DNA of 20,000 nt. Source: Gonapodya sp. JEL0774 (Eukaryota). Positions 9,340-19,794 of this stretch are shown one piece after another. The stretch's first letter is position 1. Each line of letters starts with the position of its first letter. Under the pieces are notes generated by a model. That model was not told the origin of the DNA, made no database searches, and saw only the letters and a program-made list of their open reading frames with translations. Position numbers and translations under genes: made by a program. The stretch is taken from NCBI GenBank assembly GCA_027604505.1, contig JADIIX010000123.1, positions 47,083 to 67,082 of the forward strand, written 5' to 3'.

Positions 9340-12300
9340 TCATCTTCGCAAAGCCTTGAAAACCCGGTATTGTCTCCTGACGTTTCGTCCCAAAGCTTCC
9401 CATTCCATTTTGGCTCTGCTTGGGTCGTGGACGTGCAATCGATTACGATATGAGTTTAGCTCAAATCTGTGAATTTGTAGGTGAAGGATGCAATTATACA
9501 AGAAGGACGAAGAGAGAATGTCCGATGGTGAACTCAGAACTTAGAAACAACAAAGTGGCCAATCGTCTAGATCTCACATGTTCGGAAGGAGTCGAATGAC
9601 TAGACCTATTTGGAGTGAAAAGCTACCGATAATGATGGAGGTGACCCACGCCAATGGTGAAAGATTTGTTGTGCGGAAGACTGCGCCTCCAAACTGCACG
9701 ATCAGAAACTGTTGCAAAGGCAAGGATGAATGATCACGGTTAAGGTAAATTTGGTTTCCATTTCAAGAACCATAGAAGAGAATAAAGCAAGCTCACCTGC
9801 CCCACCAAAGTTGTGAGAAGAACACCACCGAAGAGCGCGTTTCGAGAGATCCCTTGAAAAACATTCAATCCACTTTCTTCATCTACAATTCTGCGGTTGA
9901 CCTCATGGAACAATTGCAGCATAACGAAAGTGTTGAATATGAAAGTCGAGCTGTTTTCGGTTGTAATGCCAACCCGGTGGAGAAGTAACCGTCCCTGAAA
10001 GAGTAGCGTGACTATGACCGCTACTTGAAAAATTGCTTGGCCCAGAATTTGCTTGTACAGGGGATAGCTTATTAGAGGAGCGCCACGTCGTTCGGGTTGT
10101 TTCTTGAGCAAAACATCAGTTGGCGGTTCACACGCCAGTGCACTGTGATCGTGTTAGGATGGATGTAAATTTATTGTTTTCCGATGGTAATTGCACGAAG
10201 GTCACGATGAACCTACAGTGCTGCGAAAGAATCCATTATCAGATTCACCTAAAGAGGACAGTGAGATTGTTAACAGACACGTTTCAAACCCAATCAGCAC
10301 TCGCACCCATAGAAGTTGAACAGCGCTGATTCTCCTCGCTTATTACTGCAGACAGAAACGCGATATAAACTGCTGTGACGTTCACGGTTAATTGAAACTG
10401 CAGGAAACGTCGCACTCCCTCGTTTACGGCACGACCCCAGCGAACAGCGTTGTTCATAGAAGCGAAGTTGTCATCTAGCTGGAGTAATAGAGTAAATTAA
10501 CTGAGATGCTGCCAATAATGACAAGAAAGGCGAGCAATCTGGACTCACAAGGACTATCGACGAGGCCTCTTTCGCCACTTCTGTACCGCTGTTCATAGCG
10601 AATCCAACATCGGCACTGTTGAATGATGAGCATGTGTCCATTCTTAATTATGCGGAGGGGAACGCTAGCACTCCAACCCCTTCAACGCCGGCGCATCGTT
10701 CGTCCCATCTCCTGTCACTGCCACAGCTTCACCCATATCTTGAAGTGCTCGAACTAGCCGTTGCTTGTCACGTGGGTCAGATCGAGCCAGAACCTGGAGC
10801 CGAGGGAGGATCTTTTGAAGATCACCATCTGATAGAGATCGGAACTCCCGCCTTCGAAACACCACAAACTCTGACAACTCTTTGTGTAAGGTAAGTATGT
10901 GAGACACTCACCCTTCCATAACGATACCCCCTCGTGTCAAGATCCCGCACTTCTTGGCAATTGATTGGGCCGTGACGATGTTGTCCCCTGTTACCATTCG
11001 CACGAACACCCCAGCCCCTCTCACCAATTTGATGGATGCGACAACCTCTGGTCTCAATGGACTAACATTAAAGCAAAAGCGGTTAGACACCCCACATGAA
11101 GAGACCCACAAGCTAATTCAACAGCTCACTCTTCTATTCCCAAGATCCCAAGCAGCACAAGGTCTTTCTGCCAGGCATCGATTTCGTCGTTTAGCGTCGA
11201 AGAGTTGTAGTCAAGCTCTTTGAAAGCAACACAGATCGCGCGAAGAGAAGTTTTGGAGAAAGAGAGAACTATCTGTGTGAATTCTTCTCGCATTTTCTCA
11301 GAGATCTCCTGTATCTGACCACTCTTATTGAAGCACCGATTGCATGGAGCAAGTATCTTCTCAGCTGCACCCTTGACGTGAACCCGTACGCTTTTTGTGT
11401 GAACAGCCCCTTCATCGTTGGCAAGAGAAATCACTGTCACCATACTTTTGCGAGATGATGAGAACGGATATCGTCGAATAATTGACTTTTCGAGATGTTT
11501 GCGTATGACTTGGTATGAAGTGCCAGGCGTCTCAATTTGTCCCACAAATCGCAGTAAAGCTGCCGCCGTCTGGCTTCCGACAAATTCGTGGTTTCGCGGG
11601 TGCTCGGAACTCGTTAACAGCTCTGCCTCTTTTTCGTCCTCCGTAGCGCCTGCATACCCATCTGCTTCAGATCCAGGCATCTCGTAGGCTGTTGAATTAA
11701 TGGAAATGCTCTCGCATAAAAGTGACTTTGATGACTCAGGGAGATCGTCGGCTAGCTTCTCTATATTTCCTGGTGAATTCCTCTCGTTATCTTTCGTAGA
11801 CATAAAATGATGGTCCGATACCGGAGCAGCAACGACGGTCATAACGTTTTGCGTCAGTGTGCCTGTCTTATCCGAACATACTAAAATGAAATTAATCCGC
11901 GATGTTTAAGTTCAGAATTGGAATACTCATTGAACTATCGATAAACTTACTCGGGGTCGGATTGGCCATTGTTTCGCATGACGCCAGCACCCGAACTAGA
12001 TTGTGCTCACTCAGCATCGATGTCGTTGCGTATGCAAGAGCTTTAAGGATGAGTTGAGTGTTGTTTTGTGGTAGTCAAAAAAAGGTTCGCTTCTATATTA
12101 CCCAAAATAACTGCCATCGGTAGCTGTTCAAATGAAAATGTATTGATGCATCTGAGAAAACCAAAATCTTTCACAGCCACTCACTCCCTCTGGCACGGCA
12201 ACTTCAGACTAGTGGGTAACATGGTTTGCTAAAGAATCAACGTTAATTGTCCTCCTACAGCTAGGTACGATCAAACACGTACCAACGAGCACGGTCACTC

Positions 12301-13734
12301 CCTGAATGACAATACCAATAAAAGTGCTCACTGACAACTTGCGTTGATTGATGAAAGAAGTGGTGATATACTTTGCGACTAGCGTGCTTTCGCGCACGAA
12401 AACGGCAACGTGAGAACTAAACCGCAGGAGCATGGGAATCTTTCGCACCAAACCAGAAGGATCGCGGCCGATAGTCCAATTTTTGCAATGCGTTCGGCAA
12501 GAAAGTCAAGCTTGTCTTGTAGGGGCGTTCGATCACTTTTGGTGTCTTCTGCCTTGAGAGACTGCAACGTTGCAGAGTGGAAACTTCGAAGTTAGCACCC
12601 TCAGCGCAGTCCTCTTCCAAAATGCTTATCTCACCATCATCAGCTTTCCATGAGTGCTCTTCTCCCCAACCGCCAAGACCAAGCCATGGGCGTTTCCATC
12701 TTGATTTTTTATCAAGAATGGATCACGACCGTCACTGTTCCCATTCACAACAAAGTTCTTCTGCACACTTCCACTTTCACCGGTCGAAGAAGATTCGTCT
12801 ATTTTTAGACCCTTGGAGTCACTCGTAGACATGACAATCGCATCTTCGTGTTCAATAGTTGTCATGAATCCTGTTTGACAACACGCGACCCGCGATTCTC
12901 ACCACAAGGAAGAATATCACCAGGCCCCAGCAGAATAACATCACCAACTACAAGATCAAATATAGATACCTCAGTTGGATCTCCGCTCCGGAGCACCTGA
13001 CGGGCAAAGTCAGGCAGTTGGCGCACCAAGGACGGACACGTAATGGGTGCCACCGCCCCGGGATCGCAATTGTCTCACCCGAACATTTTTCTCCCCGCTT
13101 GATTCGTTAAGTTTTTGAAATTGCCTATCCTTCTGGTAGTCGTTTGTTGCATTCACTGAAAGATGAAGCAAACCGAATGTTCGTGCTAATTGGACGGACC
13201 TCTCAAAGGAATATACGTACCGAGGATGGCAATCATAACAGCAGTTAAAATTGCTGTCCCATCGACCCATCCAACTATATATTGGGATGGTGGGAACCCG
13301 TCTGCGAGAGCGCGGACAGAAAACTGTGTTAAAACCGCGACTTCACCTTTTGGTTCAGTTGGGTCGTGTTGAGGGCCAAAATCGTCATAGAGACCGATCG
13401 CAAGTGATACAACTACCGCAATTGAAAGAAATATTAAGGTTTTGTCCTTGCCGGCGTCCATGAGGAACCGGTAGAATGACGGAGGAGTCCTCGATGGGAG
13501 TCTCTGGCACATCGAATGACGCAGATCACGAGACGTTCATCCAAGAGGGAAAGAACTCGAGAAGAAGATCAGCAATCTCACCTTTTCACCATACGTTTCT
13601 CGAAACTTCTGTGCTTGTTTGCCATCCAGACCCCTCTCCAAGTCAATCCCCAATTCTCTTGCGACAGTACTCAAGTCTCGTCGGGCAAGTTCCTGCACAT
13701 CCCGGGTTTCGAATAAATTTGTTAGTTGTTCCAT
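9340..13734 (-). CDS. PMC1: P2B-type Ca2+-transporting ATPase (PMC1/PMCA-like), about 1012 aa, frameshifted near 10325 (possible pseudogene or assembly error); 5' end uncertain
   Basis: Motifs: [123 protein letters not shown]. Exons: 13582-13734, 13347-13503, 13221-13274, 13079-13155, 12903-12996, 12635-12843, 12449-12561, 12283-12386, 12185-12201, 12102-12123, 11951-12040, 11130-11880, 10912-11061, 10678-10851, 10549-10615, 10307-10478, 10217-10248, 9797-10142, 9578-9708, 9340-9466. Total 3040 nt = 3n+1. Confidence 0.9.
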
Positions 13735-13907
13735 CCTGGGAGTGATCTCACTACGCTGACGTCAACTGTTTTTTCTTACACACCCAAGACTAATAACATC
13801 TAAAATCTCTACGTGCACTTGCATGTATAATCAGAGCTGCAACAGCACAAAATCACGTACTCGCTCAAATCAAACTCGGCTTAATGCTATTCTACACATC
13901 AATCCAT

Positions 13908-15597
13908 TCAATGGGCGTGGTCAGCTGCGTTGTTGGCATGCGAGTGGGAATTTTGAAGCCCTTTCTGGCTCTGAGAAAGTGGATCGTGGCTGTGACCCTC
14001 TTGTTCGTCCTTTTTCAGCTGAATCTCCCAAAGTCGTTTCAGCTCATCTTCCTCAAACTTCCGTGCGGCCTCCCAGTCAGATTCCACCTAATAGAAAGAT
14101 GTCGAGAGGTTATTCCACGCCTTCCATGATTTGAAATGGTGCTCTTACATACCATCTGAAAGTATACAACGAACAAAACCACAAAAAAAACACGTGTAAG
14201 AACTGATGACACACACGTGTTCAAGACATGCACTTACGTCTGTCCATACTCCGACATCTGACATCCGACACCCCCCGTCACATTCACATTCTCCGCCAAA
14301 CTCTTTAGGCAAATTAGCTGCAGGAATGTTCTGAAGCAACGTATCTCGGTAGTCGCTTCCAAGAATGTGGATTTTAGCGACCGTGACCTTCACATGGGAG
14401 ACATCGTTAGAGCGACATGAGATCGACAAGGCAGGGATGGCAGTCCCAATGTTCGATCATACCTCGTCCAAAAACATCTTTACAACTGCCCATACCGTGG
14501 TGAAGAATCGTGGAGCATTGATGACGAACATCTTTCCCAGAGTCTCCGGGTAGTAGTCCTGAGAAATCTCACTAATTGTGCCGACTACGGATCGCACTTG
14601 TGGAAACTGTGACAACGCCACGTTTTTCAGGTCTAGAATCGTGCAGCTCTGCTCAATGTGCCGTCCAGACTTCCAAGACACTGCCAACAACCGTTGCCTA
14701 AGGAACTTTTCGAACTCCAGAACGTGATTCTGCATAAACCGCTTTTCCGTAGTGACTTTAAACATGGCCGTGTAGTTCAGTTTGTCAAAATGCTCAACGT
14801 AAATGGGTCGACCTTCGTTGTCGTTCTTGTGATAATAACGAGGGTAAATGGCCGCAACTTTCGGCCCTTCGCTGTACACAAAAGTTTTGTAAATATCCTC
14901 GACTTGAAACTCGCTACGCCACTGCATTGAGGAATGAAGTCGCGTCAGGATGTACGGATGGGTGAAGATTGGCGATTATGTAAAGGGGTCGGAGAATCCG
15001 AAGTACGGATATGCCAAAGAGAGCGAGTTCAAAATGGCATAAACATCAACATCTCACTTCTAAAAGGACTTTGTTAATGTGGCTCGCACCTTCAAAAACT
15101 TCTGAAACATGAGCATTGTCTTTGGCAGGTCAAACTTTCTTGCCCTCAGGAACTTGAGGAGAATGTGATCATTCATCCACGACTCGTCGAAAATTTTTGA
15201 TTCTGTGAGCTGGCGCTTGAATTCGTGTAACGCCGCCTCCTGTTCCTTCGTCTTGGTGGTATCGTCGTGCCACGCAGGACAGGACAGGAGTACGGGAAGG
15301 TGGCATCGCGGAAGGAAACAACCGGAAAGAAGGAACGATAGAACAAGCCGTCAGCTTGTTTGAATGGCAAGGCTACCGGTCGCAACGGCGATATATAACC
15401 AAAGTCGGTAGAACTTCCTCTGTCATCGCCATCACCAGTGCCCCAGACCAACATACCAAATTGCCCAATCTCCCTTTTTGCAGAGGAGGGTGCGATATGA
15501 TGAGGGAAGCTCTATTCGAGGAGGTCGACGAACCAGGATGTGTGATTCGAACTGGTCCATCTGCGAGTGATGCTGAGGCGGACTTCTCCGGATCCAT
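13908..15597 (-). CDS. SEC14: Sec14 phosphatidylinositol/phosphatidylcholine transfer protein (CRAL-TRIO), about 364 aa
   Basis: [105 protein letters not shown]. Equivalents of the yeast PI-binding (R65/K66, T236, K239) and PC-binding (S173, T175) residues appear retained. Exons: 15457-15597, 15090-15251, 14463-14921, 14238-14387, 14153-14155 (candidate micro-exon), 13908-14087. Confidence 0.93.
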
Positions 15598-15990
15598 TGC
15601 AGCCCTTCAATTTCAAAGAAATGATGAGGGGTTTCTGGCGGGGCGCTCGAGGTTAAGCGTCCTCGAGAAGGAGACGGTGGACAACTGTGAAATCGAACGC
15701 TGTGTGGCTGTTGATGGGGATGGCCAAGCACTCAACCATGAAGTAAGTGTTGAGCGCCAACACACAACGGTTCACATTCACGATAAAGATGTTCCATCGA
15801 GAGACTCATTCGGAAAAATTTGGTGTCTGGTTTGCGGGAGTGGACGATAAATTGCCAACAGAACGTCAGAACGCATCATAAATGTTGTCTATCAACAGTC
15901 GCAACGTGAAACCACTACAAATTCCCATGCAAACACGCATGGTAGTACCAAATCTCCCTCTTATCTCCCTCTTACCCTCGCTAGAAAATT

Positions 15991-17309
15991 TCACTTCTTT
16001 CCCTCCGTTCCACCGACCTTCTTCGCTACCATTTTCTCCGCATCTTCGCACGCCTCCCTGACCCAATCTGGAACCGGAGCCTTTGTGCCCTTTTCGTAAT
16101 CAAATGTCACGATAAGGGTTGATCCGTCAGAGACAATGGCCTCTTGGGAGTGCGAAACAACGATGAAACGCATCTCGAAACGGTCTGCACAAAAGAATCA
16201 GGCAGCTTGTATTGTGCTTCTACCCATAAAGGCCGAATTCCGCAAACTCACCATCCGTCATAGTCTCCATGGGTATCCGCGTTGCCACTGTGAAAGTGTC
16301 CGGGAATATGGTTGGCCGCCGAAAGCTTAACGGTGAACGGTGCCCGACTTGACCGGGTGAGAATTGACAGAGGTAGTACTGAGATTGGGGGAGGCTTACT
16401 TTGTGGTCACAGTTTTTGCAATCGGTCCCACCTGAAGCAGTGGATCCACGTGTTCCAGAACAAAGGTTGCACAAATCAATCAACATCACTGCGCGACGAG
16501 AAACTACACTCCACCTTCTTGGCTTTAATAAAATGGGCGTATTTGGAGTTGTCATTCACGTAGGGCTTGACGACTTTCCGAAAGGGGTCGAATTGGACCA
16601 CAAGAAATGAAATGAGACCGTGAAGTGAAATGGAAGTTGAAACCCGATTCACAAATTGCACAGGTCTCAACGCATTGTGGCACATTCTTCACCGTTCACA
16701 TTTCACTCACCCTGCTCAAAGTAGGCGATCCGCCCCGTCTCGCAGTATCGAAAATGCATCACGTTGTTCACGTGTGCGAACGAGTCCATATCACCCCACT
16801 TATGATGCATGCATCAGACCATCACATGAAAAAGGATGGGGCCGGACGGTGGTGGATGAGTCGGTTGATTGGTTTGAAATAACCAGATGCCCGCTATTGG
16901 TGGCATCACGATGTCAACCTGCGTTTCTGAGTCACTCAAAACTCACGTGAATGGGAAAAGTCCACAGCGAAGGGTATCCCGCTACGAGTTTCTTCACTTG
17001 AAATCAAATTTCATTCGTGAATATATCTCTTCACGGCGAGTCCTTCCCGGGCCCTTCCAAGTACACACATGGAACCTCACCTGCCCCGCTCAATTCTCTC
17101 CTCACGACATCAGGATCAGGCATCGCCGGGTGGTTCTTGTGATTATGGTGGGAGAACGACCGACTCCGAGAAAGGGTACTGGGCTGTAGCGCAGCGACAA
17201 ATGGTGATCGATATGCGGCCCCAGCACACCCGTTGGCAGTAACCGAGCAACAGGCCATCGAGCGGATTAGGAGGGGTGGGATCGCGGTGATCGATGGGTT
17301 CAATCGCAT
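15991..17309 (-). CDS. Hotdog-fold acyl-CoA thioesterase (4HBT/YbgC-like), about 241 aa, probable mitochondrial presequence
   Basis: Spliced product contains GYPSLWTFPIHWGDMDSFAHVNNVMHFRYCETGRIAYF, VGPIAKTVTTNFRRPTIFPDT and IVTFDYEKGTKAPVPD. Exons 17081-17309, 16947-16996, 16711-16798, 16515-16573, 16400-16431, 16252-16325, 15991-16184 are all phase-consistent. The first ~60 aa are R/S/A-rich with no acidic residues. Confidence 0.85.
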
Positions 17310-18379
17310 CTTTTTGGTTGGTTCGAACCCAGTGTTGGGGTTTGTGACTCAATGAATTGATCGGAAACCAAGGTTGCTCCCACTGCAGCAAAGATTTTCA
17401 AGCTAGATGCTCAAATCCTCGTGCAATTGAAGCTTCACAACCACGATGGGCGTATGTTTGCGCGTACATGACTACATTACTTCATGAAAATCACAGACGC
17501 TGACTGATGGAGCTGGGACACTTCGGGCTGGCAAATACCTTTTTTTTTTCTTGGGTGAATTGTCCAAGGTTCCTGTTGTTTCTGGCAGTAGGCGTGCCGC
17601 TGAGTTGAGGTTCAAGAACACAAAATCGAGGTTCACATTTCCACGTCCCGTGCATTGTTCTACCGACTGAACTCATGGCACAAGAGAGAAACGAAAGAAG
17701 GGTCCAGATATGAGGATCTGGAGAAACGGAACACGTACTATTATGCATGAGCAAAGCATTCATGAGACAACACCCCTCTATCACAAACCACACAATCCGC
17801 TCCTTCAAAACTTGCAAAATTACTCAGAAATGTCACTATGCGGTCCGAAACCATCAACAATAGAAAATGGGCCGCACTGTTTTCCGGCATGGATCTCGCT
17901 GAGTTGGGAGGCACCCACGACAACAACAAACAAAACGTGCCGAAGCACCACCGGGTCCAAGATCGAATCTGACTGCTCCAAAGTTCCCACCACAACTATT
18001 AGCCAACAATGCGGAAAACGGATATCTTGAATAGTTCCACGAAGACACATTCAAAAATCAATGAGAGCGAACGCTAAACAGCGAACTACACGCTATAGCA
18101 AATCCGCCTAAAAGTAACTACCAGAAAAAAATTCAAAGATCTAAAGGGGGAAAGAATAGAACAACGAGAGGAGAGAATAGGGGAGATGTGCAGTGTCCGA
18201 ACAGAGATGCACCCGGGGCAAGGTAGGAATGCTAACTGTGATCGTCAAGCGTCCTTCCATGCATCACCAGCGCTCTCCTCAGAAGCGCCCCATGCATGCG
18301 AAATTGTCGCGTTTGTAGATCCCGCAAACCCGCACCCCGGTACCGAGTTCCCATATCACCTCCCCGAAAACTCAGCGCA

Positions 18380-18967
18380 TCAACAGATGCGCTGACGAGG
18401 CGCAGGCGGCATATCATCGTCATCGTCAGAATCTTCTTCCATATCGACGATGAGAGGACTATGGAGGGGGTTGGGTGATTGATGGGGGTTGGAGAGAGCG
18501 TGCGGCAAAGTGGGAGGATCCACCGACGTCCCGAAAAAAAAGGGAGATGGGAGCACCAAGGCAAGAAAGGCGGTCAGGACCATCACCAGATCCAGAGCGA
18601 GCAACAGGCAAAGGAGTATGCGAAAAGAAACTCACCCGCTGCGTCTAGGTCCGCACGGGATTCTGGGAGAGCAACTTCCCAGAGAAGGAGAGGAGAGGAC
18701 GCGAGTCTGGACCCCCGACGAGGTTACTTTTGCCAAAGCTGCAGATGTAGCGGAGGTAGGCTGGGTACTATTTTGAGACCCGGAGGCGGAGGAGGGGACA
18801 TTTACAGAGGAGCGGGTGATGGAGGCGGATTGGAAGAGTTGCTGAGTCGAGCCAATGTTGGGGAGCGAAGCGCGGTGAAGAAGACCCGACGGCTGCATGC
18901 GCATTTCTGGGTTTGAGGGCGAGAGCAAAGCGATGGGTTGAGAAGCTGCGAAAGCGTGCGAGTTCAT
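18380..18967 (-). CDS. Hypothetical 136-aa Ser/Pro-rich protein with acidic C-terminal patch
   Basis: ATG at 18967 in aaaATG context. Exon 18636-18967 ends GG|gtgagt; the pyrimidine-rich intron ends ccatag|T; exon 18380-18458 continues in phase as PLIVDMEEDSDDDDDMPPAPRQRIC*. No recognisable domain. Confidence 0.45.
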
Positions 18968-19514
18968 TTTAAAAGGCGGAGGGTGCTGAGCTTTGGTGGT
19001 CCGAGGAGGGTTTCAAAAGACGCCTTGATGCTGCGCCGCAGTGGATGAAACTTTTACCGCTTTCAGGGAGATTTCTAACCAAAGTCAATTCTGCCTGGTT
19101 TTTGCTTGCACCAACTATATTATTCATGCTCTCCAAACATTTCTCTTTTTCCCGTTTCATTATACTTTTGCTGTTGGGAAGCATTGTTTATTGCTGGTGT
19201 TCACCTTGCGATTTCACGGCAACACCGCAGCTGTTGAGGGTATTTCCGGCTGTAGGTGCTCTTCATATCATCTTTCTCACTATTAATGGGTATTCGTCGG
19301 TGTTCGTCTCGAGTTTTGTAAACAGAATCACTTTCGGGTTTGCAATGAATTCGTGATCATACTCTCTATACTTGCGCAAGGGTCCGAGCCCTTCATTGCA
19401 GATATAAATTATTTCACTTGTTTTGACACTGAGTCCACTAACATGAAGAAAGAGCAGTGCTCACCGGGTTTCGAAGTTTCATGGAACACCTTACTAGTGA
19501 CGTGAATAGCTCTG

Positions 19515-19518
19515 TTTT

Positions 19519-19549
<31 letters not shown>

Positions 19550-19742
19550 GGTTAATTTGACACCGATTAAACGGGCGCGTGCGGGCTATTGATAGGTTGT
19601 TTTTGTTAATTTGTTTTATTGCAGGCAAATNNNNNNNNNNCCCCCCCCCCCCCCCCCCCCCCCTAAGTTGCCCCCGATTAACCGTGCGCTTGCGGGCTAG
19701 TGATTCTGTAGTTGTCTTAATTTCTTTGCTTGCATGCATCTT
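19515..19742. repeat. Assembly gap (N10 at 19631-19640) with T14/G23 and C23 homopolymers and a degenerate ~80-nt direct duplication
   Basis: 19552-19630 (ttaatttgacaccgattaaacgggcgcgtgcgggctattgat...) is an imperfect copy of 19664-19742 (taagttgcccccgattaaccgtgcgcttgcgggctagtgat...). One copy follows G23 and the other follows C23. Confidence 0.85.
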
Positions 19743-19794
19743 GTACTTGGCGGGGACTCGGACAGTCGGTGACTGCAAACTTGTTGCACAATTT

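Noticed and set aside
9574..9576. TGA as the true stop of the Ca2+-ATPase
   Set aside because: It overlaps a good splice donor, and an in-phase downstream exon with PMCA-like sequence and a poly(A) signal exists.
1..15597. VPS10, PMC1 and SEC14 as a functional Golgi/vacuole gene cluster
   Set aside because: Housekeeping genes interrupted by eIF3h, with no shared regulatory motif seen. Co-location is plausibly chance without synteny data.
17491..18054. Overlapping short ORFs on both strands
   Set aside because: No motifs and no consistent exon model. The T-tract and composition fit intergenic or UTR sequence.
18180..18385. Cys-UGA-Cys as a selenocysteine codon (Sec use is known in some early-branching fungi)
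   Set aside because: By eye I found no SECIS-like AUGA...AA...GA stem downstream, and the protein resembles no selenoprotein family. A SECISearch run would settle it.
18969..19356. ORFs 18969-19184 (-) and the hydrophobic 19045-19356 (+)
   Set aside because: The hydrophobicity follows from T-rich sequence; no family signature or splice support.
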